In this document: piece by piece, positions 23,066 through 30,742 of the stretch | Layout of the letters: the number at the start of each line of letters is the position of its first letter | How positions within the stretch are numbered: the stretch's first letter is position 1 | From: Candidatus Kuenenia stuttgartensis | Lineage (GTDB): Bacteria > Planctomycetota > JAKEIC01 > DYIT01 | DNA length: 64,000 nt | Direction of reading: 5' to 3' | Assembly: GCA_020723505.1 (NCBI GenBank) | Contig: DYIT01000001.1 | Location: 74,870-138,869 of the forward strand | Translations under genes and position numbers: made by a program | Notes under the pieces: model-generated | Told to the model about the DNA's origin: nothing | The model's database searches: none | The model's input: the letters and a program-made list of their open reading frames with translations, nothing else

Positions 23066-24220
23066 ATGGAGCGAATAGGGGCCGCCGTCATTGGCGGAGG
23101 CGCGGTAGGGTGCGCGATTCTGTATGAGCTCGCGAAAGCCGGATTCCGCGACCTCTTCCTTTTCGAAAAGCTCCCGCGCCTTGGCGAAGTCCAGTCCGGC
23201 AGGAACTCCGGAGTCGTGCATGCGGGCATCTATTACCGGACAGGATCGGCCAAGGCGGCCCTCTGCGTCGAGGGCAATCCGCTCATGTACGAGTTCTGCC
23301 GCGTGAACGGCGTGCCGGTCGAAAACACCGGGAAACTCGTGGTGGCCTCTTCGGAAGACGAGATCGGGAAGCTCGAGCAGGTCCATGCCCAGGCGGCGGC
23401 GAACGGGGTTCCGGGCGTCGAGATGCTGACCAGCGCGCAAATCAGGCGTCTCGAGCCCTGCGTCGAAGCCCCTGCCGCCCTGTTCTGCCCCACCACCGGC
23501 ATCGTGGATGCGGCAGGGCTCGTCAAGGCTCTCGCGAGGCTCGCACGAGACCGCGGCGCTTCCATCCTGACCGGCCGGGAGGTGACTGCGATTTCGCCCC
23601 TGGCCGGCGGCTCGTTCGAGGTCACTTGCCGGTGCAACGGCGTCGATGAGACGTTCGAAGCCGAAATCGTCGTGAACTCCGCCGGGCTCTATTCCGACGA
23701 GATCGCCCGGATGGTGAATCCCTCCTTTGGCGCCCGAATCGCCCCGCTGCGAGGCGAATATTACAAGTTCAACCGCCTGCGCAGGAAGGAAATCATGCTC
23801 AACCGGATGAACGTATATCCTGTTCCCGGAACGGTCGACGTCGGCGGAAGAAAAGTCGGGGTCGTAGGAGTGCACCTGACGCCCACGTTCGGGTATTCGG
23901 AAGGCCGACCATGCGCCCTGGGCGACGTCGTCACGGTGGGGCCCGAGTTCGTATCCGTCGAGGACAGGAACGACTTCGAGAGCGGCCGCCTCGGCCCCGA
24001 TCTCTTCCACGCGCGCGCGAAACGCTTCTTCCCCGGGCTCCGCCTGTCCGACCTCGAGATCGATTTCGCGGGCATAATGGCGAATCTCGAGTCGGGAACG
24101 GACTTCATCATCGAGCGCGACGCGCGGCACCCATGCTGCATCCATCTCGTCGGAATCGACTCCCCCGGCCTCACGTCCTCGCTCGCGATTGCAAGGAAGG
24201 TCGCAGATATGCTCCGGTGA
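23066..24220 (+). CDS. FAD-dependent oxidoreductase, L-2-hydroxyglutarate oxidase (LhgO)-like
   Basis: VIGGGAVG, QSGRNSGVVHAGIYY, TGIVD, NSAGLYSD, RGEYY, GVHLT, GIDSPGLTSSLAIA. Confidence 0.88.
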   Translation: MERIGAAVIGGGAVGCAILYELAKAGFRDLFLFEKLPRLGEVQSGRNSGVVHAGIYYRTGSAKAALCVEGNPLMYEFCRVNGVPVENTGKLVVASSEDEIGKLEQVHAQAAANGVPGVEMLTSAQIRRLEPCVEAPAALFCPTTGIVDAAGLVKALARLARDRGASILTGREVTAISPLAGGSFEVTCRCNGVDETFEAEIVVNSAGLYSDEIARMVNPSFGARIAPLRGEYYKFNRLRRKEIMLNRMNVYPVPGTVDVGGRKVGVVGVHLTPTFGYSEGRPCALGDVVTVGPEFVSVEDRNDFESGRLGPDLFHARAKRFFPGLRLSDLEIDFAGIMANLESGTDFIIERDARHPCCIHLVGIDSPGLTSSLAIARKVADMLR

Positions 24221-24292
24221 GGAATCAGAGGGGATTGGCCGGAACCTGCGTGATGATTTTTGCTTATGAGCAAATTTTCTTGCGATTTATTT

Positions 24293-24448
24293 TGCTTTGA
24301 AGCAAAGATAGATCCTTCCCTGCGCTACTTCCGGGAACGACTCCACATTCCTTGGGCATACCAGGCCGTTCTTGACGGCAATCGCGACTTCGAGCAGGAG
24401 GGAATCCGCAGCCTTCCGGCTTCGCGGTTCCTGGACGCGCTCGCCTGA
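24293..24448 (+). pseudogene. Possible 3' remnant of an AAA/DUF4143-type ATP-binding protein gene
   Basis: FEAKIDPSLRYFRERLHIPWAYQAVLDGNRDFEQEGIRSLPASRFLDAL resembles the C-termini of such proteins (recall, not searched); no upstream body. Confidence 0.4.
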
Positions 24449-24636
24449 AGGATGTTATTCTTCCTGAAACGCGCGAATATTGAATCCGGACCGGGACGTC
24501 GGCTGTATATAACCCGGACGAGCCGGAACCCCGGTCCGGTTCCGCCCGTCGGGGCATGTTGAACCCCTATGGCCGGGATTGTTTTTTCGTTGCGAACAAA
24601 TTCGAGAGAACAACGTAACGTCTTGCATCGTTGAAG

Positions 24637-24686
24637 TTTGGGATTTGGGTTTTCGTTGGGATTTGGATTTTGGGATTTGAGATTTT
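24637..24686. repeat. Degenerate heptamer tandem repeat (TTGGGAT)
   Basis: tttgggatttgggttttcgttgggatttggattttgggatttgagatttt. Confidence 0.75.
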
Positions 24687-24743
24687 CACATATTCTGCGC
24701 TTGTCAGTATGCAGTTCTGCGGTCCGTTTTGGAGGCCCGGGCA

Positions 24744-25616
24744 ATGAAGGATTTCCTCATCTACGCGAACACGCTGCTTCTCCTGGCGGGGCTGGCTGCC
24801 GGAGGGATTCTCTACGTGAAGGGAGGATCGGCGAGGGAGGAAACGATGAAGCCCGCTGCCGAAATCCAGTCCCAGCCGCCGCGGGATTCCGCGGACCGCA
24901 TGGACGCCGTCATGCACAGGCTCGACTCGATTGAGACCAGGCTCGGGGAGATAGCGCAAATCGCAAAGCCCTCTGGATCGGCCGGCGGCGCAGCGGCTCC
25001 CGGGCCGGGATCAGACGGGCCGGGGAAGCCCGAAGGCCAGGACGCGTCCAAGGCTGACCCCGGCGCCGCGCCGGAAGCCGGCCGGTCCGGGATGAGCCTG
25101 CCGAGGGACGAAATAAAGAAGATCGTCAGGGAGGCAATCCGCGACGAGGAGGAGGAGAGGGCGAGGAAAGCCGAGATCGAAAAAGAAGGCGAGGGCAAGG
25201 AGCAGCGCAAGCCCAAGAAGACGATTTCCGAGGTGGCCAAGGAACTCGGCCTGAGCCTTGAGCAGGAGCAGAAGCTGCAGGACCTCCACCGCGACATGTC
25301 GAACGATCTCATGAAGGTCCTTTTCGAAGTGCCGGACGACCAGGGGCTGCCGCAGCTCAGGGCGCAGCTCAAGGAGGCCGAACACAATCCGGAGGTGAAG
25401 CAGCAGCTCGCCGAGAAGCTCGTATACAACTGGACGATATCGCAGACCAAGGTGACCGCGGTGGTGCTCAAGGCCTACACGAGGGTCGCGTCGTTCCTGA
25501 AGCCCGACCAGGTCAAGGCCATAGACAAGTACGACCTCCAGGCCGACAAGCCGGAGTGGCCCGACATCGAGAAGATGTTCTTCCCCAAGCCCGAGGAGAA
25601 GAAGGAGGGGGAATAG
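24744..25616 (+). CDS. Hypothetical membrane-anchored protein (TM, coiled coil, helical C-terminus)
   Basis: GGAGG RBS; N-terminal TM; KELGLSLEQEQKL helical motif; typical codon usage. Confidence 0.75.
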   Translation: MKDFLIYANTLLLLAGLAAGGILYVKGGSAREETMKPAAEIQSQPPRDSADRMDAVMHRLDSIETRLGEIAQIAKPSGSAGGAAAPGPGSDGPGKPEGQDASKADPGAAPEAGRSGMSLPRDEIKKIVREAIRDEEEERARKAEIEKEGEGKEQRKPKKTISEVAKELGLSLEQEQKLQDLHRDMSNDLMKVLFEVPDDQGLPQLRAQLKEAEHNPEVKQQLAEKLVYNWTISQTKVTAVVLKAYTRVASFLKPDQVKAIDKYDLQADKPEWPDIEKMFFPKPEEKKEGE

Positions 25617-25747
25617 GCGGACCGTGGGCCGTCAGCGAAGGGGCGAAGAGCGAACGTGAACCGTAAACCGTTAACAGTAATAGCCGCCGCAGAGTCGAGG
25701 GTCGCAGGTATACCCTAGGCCGTGGGTAAGTAGACACGTTGCGCGCC

Positions 25748-25775
25748 GTCATTCCGGCAAAAGCCGGAATCCAGG
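25748..25775 (+). repeat. REP/dRS3-like palindrome, copy 3
   Basis: gtcattccggcaaaagccggaatccagg. Confidence 0.85.
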
Positions 25776-25805
25776 ACCACGCGCCATCAAAGACTCTGCG
25801 ACATG

Positions 25806-25893
25806 CCCGCCCCGCCTTCGCCGGATAATCCGGAGTCCGCGGAGCGAAGCCCGCCGTAGCCTCAGCGTTGCTTCAAGGCGAAGGCAGGGCGGG
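25806..25893. repeat. Inverted-repeat element (GGCGAAGGC family)
   Basis: cccgccccgccttcgcc / ggcgaaggcagggcggg, 17 bp with 1 mismatch; related arms at 22777-22819. Confidence 0.65.
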
Positions 25894-26015
25894 TGTTACT
25901 CCGTTCCTTCCCCGGAGATCGAGACGAAGGCGGGTGGACCGGGGCTTGTGTGGGAGGCGGATGTTCCGGGCGCCCATCCCTGTACCGCCCGGAACTCCGC
26001 CGATAGATAGCTCCC

Positions 26016-27293
26016 CTATTTCCCCTGCTGTCTTTCCCATGAGCAGCCGTCGCCCTTGCACGAGGGGCATTTGCCCTTGTTGTCCTTGCAGGCCGGGCAG
26101 TCGGCGTCGCCCTTCTTGCCAGTGCCGCCGCAGACGGCGCATGAGCATGAGCCCTTGCAGGCCCAGCAGCCGTAGCCGCGGTCGTCGATCTTCCACGTGC
26201 CGTCGGCCTGTTTCGCGAGCTTGAAGAACCTGCTGTCCGTGCGCTCCTTGCCTGTGCGGTCAATCCGGGTCTCGGCGCAGCACACGATTGCCGAATCGCC
26301 CTCGGCTTTCACTTCCTTCACGTCCTGCTTCAGGCCGTCCTTCTCCTTTATATATCTCGCGCTTCCCTCCTTGACGGCCTTGTCCAGCGTCTCAGCCGTG
26401 GCCTTGACGAAGTAGGAGCTCACCATCTTCTTCACGAGCGCAGTCAGCTCCCTGGCAGCGGCCGTGTTCCTCAAGTCGCGCTGCTCCTTGATGCTCAGGA
26501 AGGTCTTCACCGTGTTCGCAGAAGCCGTCAGATCGGAGTATGCGTCGGCTTTGCGGTCGACCTCGAGGAGGAATCCGCCGGCTTCGAACTCGTCCTGGCG
26601 CTTCCATCCCTCGCCCTTGCAGGTCATGCACTTGCCCTGCGTCTTCTTGCACTGCCAGCAGTCTTCCGGCTGCTTCTTGCCCGTGCCTCCGCAGGCCCCG
26701 CATTCGGTCTCGCCCGTCTTGCCCGTTCCCTTGCATCCGGGGCAGTCCTTCGCGGCGGTCTTCCCCGTGCCGCCGCAGTTCTCGCACTTGCCCGTACCGT
26801 TGCAGGAGCGGCAGCTCAGGAACCACTTCTGGATTCTCCACTCGCCGCCTTCGTTCGCGAAAACGCACCTGTGCCTGCGCGTCTCCTCGACCTGCTTCGT
26901 CACGGGCTCGCCGCCCTTATCCACGTCCTTCTTCGTCCTCGTCACCGCTTGGGTCCCGTAGATGACGACCGTCCCGCCCTCGCTGGCCTCCTCCTTCTCG
27001 AAGCTTATCTTCCCCTCCTTGTCCAGGTCGCGGGCGAAATCGAACTTCTTGTCCCTCTCCTTCAGGAAATCGACGTAGGACTGAGTGAAGACCACGGCGT
27101 ACACGTCCGAGTCCCTCGCGCTGAGGAGGCCCTTGAGCTTCTCGTCGACCCGGCTCTTCATGTCGAAGGCGCCGGCCGCGAAGCTCTCGAACGCGGCTTT
27201 GGCGGACGACAGGTCCGCCTTGGGGGTATCCTGGCCCAGTGTCGCGCCCGACGCGACCGCCAGGAAGATGCAAATCAGCATGAAACGCTTCAT
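26016..27293 (-). CDS. Exported protein with two modules, each followed by DnaJ-type CxxCxGxG zinc-finger repeats
   Basis: Signal peptide MKRFMLICIFLAVASGATLG; 6+4 CxxC(xGxG) motifs; modules end in GEWRI / GTWKI. Confidence 0.8.
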   Translation of the reverse strand: MKRFMLICIFLAVASGATLGQDTPKADLSSAKAAFESFAAGAFDMKSRVDEKLKGLLSARDSDVYAVVFTQSYVDFLKERDKKFDFARDLDKEGKISFEKEEASEGGTVVIYGTQAVTRTKKDVDKGGEPVTKQVEETRRHRCVFANEGGEWRIQKWFLSCRSCNGTGKCENCGGTGKTAAKDCPGCKGTGKTGETECGACGGTGKKQPEDCWQCKKTQGKCMTCKGEGWKRQDEFEAGGFLLEVDRKADAYSDLTASANTVKTFLSIKEQRDLRNTAAARELTALVKKMVSSYFVKATAETLDKAVKEGSARYIKEKDGLKQDVKEVKAEGDSAIVCCAETRIDRTGKERTDSRFFKLAKQADGTWKIDDRGYGCWACKGSCSCAVCGGTGKKGDADCPACKDNKGKCPSCKGDGCSWERQQGK

Positions 27294-27392
27294 CGGAATT
27301 CCTCCAGAAATCGGAAAACAGGGGGATGTTACGCTTTTCGCCGGGCGAATCAATATGCCGCATGACACGGACAATCCGGGACTGGTTCCATT

Positions 27393-27433
27393 GAAGGGTG
27401 GAGGGTACAGGGTTGAGGGTGGAGGGGGTTCGG
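27393..27433. repeat. Intergenic heptamer repeat (AGGGTGG family)
   Basis: gaagggtggagggtacagggttgagggtggagggggttcgg; same family as the kinase inserts. Confidence 0.8.
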
Positions 27434-27677
27434 TTAACCGTCAACCGTCAGCCGCAGACTGTACCCTGTAGTCGCATAAAAAAGCGCACCGATTCATGAA
27501 ACACTCGATGAATAGCAATGCAGAATCGCGAGAAACCGCACTTGCGGAAAGAACCGCCAACCTCACATAAAGTGAAGTTGAGGGATAAAGAAAACCAGAA
27601 CTTCCGGAGCACTAAGAAAGAGGGACGCGAGGACTAGGATTAACCACCGGACACGCCGAGGAAACCGGGGAAAAGGA

Positions 27678-27908
27678 TTAACCACCGAAGACACCGATGA
27701 CACCGAAAATCATGCCAGTTGGGTTGGGCTCTCCTCCTGGGGCACTTCTTCTGAATAAACGATGCGTTTGAACTCGAGCACTCGGGAGCCTACGTTGATG
27801 AGCAGGCCCAATTCGTGTCTCGTAATTTAAAGGCAGTTGATGATTTCAGCCCTTCGGGTCTATCTCCATCCCCCCTCCTTCGGCGTCTTCGGTGTCTTCG
27901 GTGGTTAA
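27678..27908 (-). mobile_element. MITE-like element: 30-bp terminal inverted repeats enclosing a GxxExxY-family gene remnant
   Basis: TTAACCACCGAAGACACCGATGACACCGAA (27678-27707) matches the reverse complement of 27879-27908 with 2 mismatches; minus strand reads RAEIINCL*ITRHELGLLINVGSRVLEFKRIV. Confidence 0.75.
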
Positions 27909-27987
27909 ATAAATATTTGCCCGCCGAGGCACGATTCTTTATGCAACGTTAGGGTTAATTCTTTTTCAGCAGTGAACCCTTAGTAAT

Positions 27988-28929
27988 CTACGCGTAAGCC
28001 TCTCCCTCGAGCGGCAGCAGGATATTCAGGCAGGCCTTCCTGATAACGAACTCGGCGGGTTCATCGCTCGAGCAACATCCCGCGAAATCACCGTCGAGGT
28101 GCACAGGCACGGAACCGCTGACGGGGCGCACGGACATGCATGCCCCTTGCGCGCTAATCCTGCCCGGGATTTCCGCGAACCTCCCGGCAAGCGCCAGCAC
28201 GACGCCCCGCACGAATTCCATCGCAGTTCCGCCCCGCAGCGCGGCGAAATCGAGAAGGCCGTCGGACGGGTCCGCGGCTTCGGCGAACCTGAATATCCCC
28301 CCGTAGTTCGCGGTGTTGGAGGCCATGGCCCAGAAGCAGCCGCCCCTGGGCGGGAGACCGCCGATGCCGACCTCGAGCTCGGGCATGGGGAGGCCGAAAA
28401 GCGCGCGGGCGAGCGGGACCGCGTATGCTGCATAGGATCCCGTGCTCTTCCTCCTCAGCGCGTATCTCCGCGCAACCTCGGCGTCGAATCCCACCCCCGC
28501 GACGCTCAGGAACAGCCTGGCTCCCCACGATCCGGCGTCGATGACGGCCTTCCTTCCGCCGAAGAGCGCGGATTCCGCAGCCTCCGGGCCCGCGGGGATG
28601 CACAGCTCCCTGGCGAGCATGTTGGCCGTGCCGGCCGGGAGGATGCAGAGGGGCACTTGTGTCCCTGCAAGGCCCTGCGCAACCTCGTTCAGCGTGCCGT
28701 CCCCGCCTGCGCAGACCACGGGCGTCGCGGCGGGGTCCGGCGAGCGTTCAGCCCATTCCCGGGCGGTCGCGGCCGCTTCGCCGGCTCCGGACGTCTCGCG
28801 GACGCTGAACGCCGTTCCCCTGCGCTCGAGCGCCGAGGCCAGGCCGGCGGCATGAATCCCGGCTCTGCCCGATCCCGCGCAGGGGTTGAGCAGAATCAGG
28901 ACTTCGCTCCATTTCCCGCGTCCGGACAA
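27988..28929 (-). CDS. Diacylglycerol/lipid kinase family protein (YegS/DAGKc)
   Basis: LNPCAGSG, CAGGDGTLNEV, LPAGTANMLAREL, GVGFDAEV, NYGG, HLDGD. Confidence 0.9.
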   Translation of the reverse strand: MSGRGKWSEVLILLNPCAGSGRAGIHAAGLASALERRGTAFSVRETSGAGEAAATAREWAERSPDPAATPVVCAGGDGTLNEVAQGLAGTQVPLCILPAGTANMLARELCIPAGPEAAESALFGGRKAVIDAGSWGARLFLSVAGVGFDAEVARRYALRRKSTGSYAAYAVPLARALFGLPMPELEVGIGGLPPRGGCFWAMASNTANYGGIFRFAEAADPSDGLLDFAALRGGTAMEFVRGVVLALAGRFAEIPGRISAQGACMSVRPVSGSVPVHLDGDFAGCCSSDEPAEFVIRKACLNILLPLEGEAYA

Positions 28930-29378
28930 TCAGCACCCCCGGTCTCCGCCCCGGCAGCCCTCTTCGCCGGGAGGTTGATGAGGTACACGGATCCAAGAGC
29001 CAAGGCTATCCCAATCGCCTGGCGAATGCCGGGCCTCTCGCCCAGGAAGATTGCCCCCAGCACGACCGTGACCACGGGATAGAGGGCGGTGGCCGCTGCC
29101 GCTGGCCCGATGCAGGTCTTCTCCGCGAGCCTGAGGAAGGTCAGCACGCCGAGGTAGCCGAATATGCCCGCCCCGAACGCGCACAACGCCCCGACGGGAT
29201 GGAAGTCCCGGTCCGCGAAGGGCAGGATCACAGCGCCCATCGCCACCGCGCCGGCGGCCTCGAACACGAACACCGCCTGCGGGCTCGCCTTGGCCAGGGC
29301 GAGCTTCGGCAGGAACGACCACAGCCCCCACGCGGCAATCGCCCCGAACGAGAACACGAGCCAGACATGCTCTTCCAT
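28896..29378 (-). CDS. EamA/DMT family single-domain transporter
   Basis: WGLWSFLPKLA, ALYPVVTVVLGAIFLGE, about 5 TM helices. Confidence 0.85.
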   Translation of the reverse strand: MEEHVWLVFSFGAIAAWGLWSFLPKLALAKASPQAVFVFEAAGAVAMGAVILPFADRDFHPVGALCAFGAGIFGYLGVLTFLRLAEKTCIGPAAAATALYPVVTVVLGAIFLGERPGIRQAIGIALALGSVYLINLPAKRAAGAETGGADCPDAGNGAKS

Positions 29379-29391
29379 CGAATCGGATCCC

Positions 29392-29796
29392 TCAGCCCGA
29401 GAGCAGCACGACGGCCGCCAATGCCATCGCGATGCCCGCGTAGTTCGCCGCGGAGAGCTTTTCCTTGAGAATCAGGAACCCGAGGACCACCGGGACCACG
29501 GGATAGACCGCCGTCAGCGTGGCGACGATTGACGCGTCGTGCTTCGATACGGCGAACACGTACAGGAGGAACCCGGTCGTTCCAACCGCTCCCGCTGCAA
29601 GCCCGTACCCCGCGCTCCTGCCGGGCTCGAGCTTCGGCCTGTACACGAGAATCACACCTGCCGCCACGACGATTATCGCGCAGACCTCGTAGATGAACAC
29701 GTCCAGCGGGCGCAGGTAGTCGGTGGCGAGCTTGGGCAGGAACGCCCACAGCCCCCAGAACGCGATGCACAGGGCTATGCAGAGGTGCTTGTTCAT
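29392..29796 (-). CDS. EamA/DMT family single-domain transporter (paralogue of neighbour)
   Basis: WGLWAFLPKLA, AVYPVVPVVLGFLILKE. Confidence 0.85.
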   Translation of the reverse strand: MNKHLCIALCIAFWGLWAFLPKLATDYLRPLDVFIYEVCAIIVVAAGVILVYRPKLEPGRSAGYGLAAGAVGTTGFLLYVFAVSKHDASIVATLTAVYPVVPVVLGFLILKEKLSAANYAGIAMALAAVVLLSG

Positions 29797-29851
29797 CTTG
29801 CTTCGGGCCGGAGGTTACCACGAAGAGCCGCCCGACGCCATACGGCGCCGC

Positions 29852-30610
29852 TCATAGCCCGGGCTTCCATTGCCCCGCGAGGAGGGCAAGGTACTTCTCG
29901 ACCGCGGATTCCGGGGGGCCCTCGAAAGCCACGCGGCCGCACTCGAGCAGAATCGCCCTCTGGCACATGGCTTTGACGAGGTCCATGGAGTGGGTCACCA
30001 GTATTATGCTCACCCCGTTCTTCCGGAACGCGTCTATCTTCTCCCTGCACTTCTTCTGGAATGCCTCGTCGCCTACCGCGATTATCTCGTCCGTGAGGAG
30101 GACGTCCGGGTCGACATGGACCGCGATTGAGAACCCCAGACGGACGTACATCCCGGAGGAGTAGTTCTTCACCGGCGTGTCGATGAAGCTGCCGAGCTCG
30201 GAGAACTCCACGATGCTTCCGCATTTCGCCTTCATCTCCTTCCTGGACAAACCCATAAGCGCGCCCTGGAGGAAGATGTTCTCGATGCCCGTCAGCTCGG
30301 GGTCGAATCCCGCGCCCAGTTCGATTAGAGGGCTCACTTTTCCAGTCGTCCTCAAATTGCCCTCGGTCGGGCGGAAAACCCCGGCGCAGATTCTGAGAAG
30401 CGTGCTCTTGCCCGACCCGTTCCTGCCGATGACGCCGACCGTCTCGCCCCGCCCGAGCGAAAAAGACACGCCCCGCAGGGCCCAGAAGTCCTCGTACGAG
30501 ATTTTGCGCTTGAAGAGGCGCACGACCGCTTCCTTGAGCGTCATTATCTTCTCGTGGTAGATGCGGAACCGCATGCCTACGGAATCCGAGACGAGGATTG
30601 AATCCGTCAT
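29852..30610 (-). CDS. wzt: Polysaccharide ABC exporter ATP-binding subunit Wzt (no C-terminal carbohydrate-binding domain)
   Basis: FWALRGVSF, GRNGSGKST, ELGAGFDPELTG.EN, YSSGMYVRLGF, VGDEAFQKKC. Confidence 0.93.
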   Translation of the reverse strand: MTDSILVSDSVGMRFRIYHEKIMTLKEAVVRLFKRKISYEDFWALRGVSFSLGRGETVGVIGRNGSGKSTLLRICAGVFRPTEGNLRTTGKVSPLIELGAGFDPELTGIENIFLQGALMGLSRKEMKAKCGSIVEFSELGSFIDTPVKNYSSGMYVRLGFSIAVHVDPDVLLTDEIIAVGDEAFQKKCREKIDAFRKNGVSIILVTHSMDLVKAMCQRAILLECGRVAFEGPPESAVEKYLALLAGQWKPGL

Positions 30611-30742
30611 GTCAGAGCCTGCAAACCATCTTCCTGCCGGGACGGGAGGATTGCGGAAGATTGAACGTCTTCATTCTCCACTCCGGTCCGAAGACGGTAT
30701 TCTATTCGGAGTCCGGATGATTGCAATCGGACGCTGGATTCG

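Noticed and set aside
26016-27293. Multiheme cytochrome c or DnaJ chaperone
   Set aside because: No CxxCH motifs and no J-domain HPD motif.
27508-27570. Possible four-helix-bundle protein N-terminal remnant (LAERTANLT*) next to heptamer repeats
   Set aside because: Too short and weak to support.
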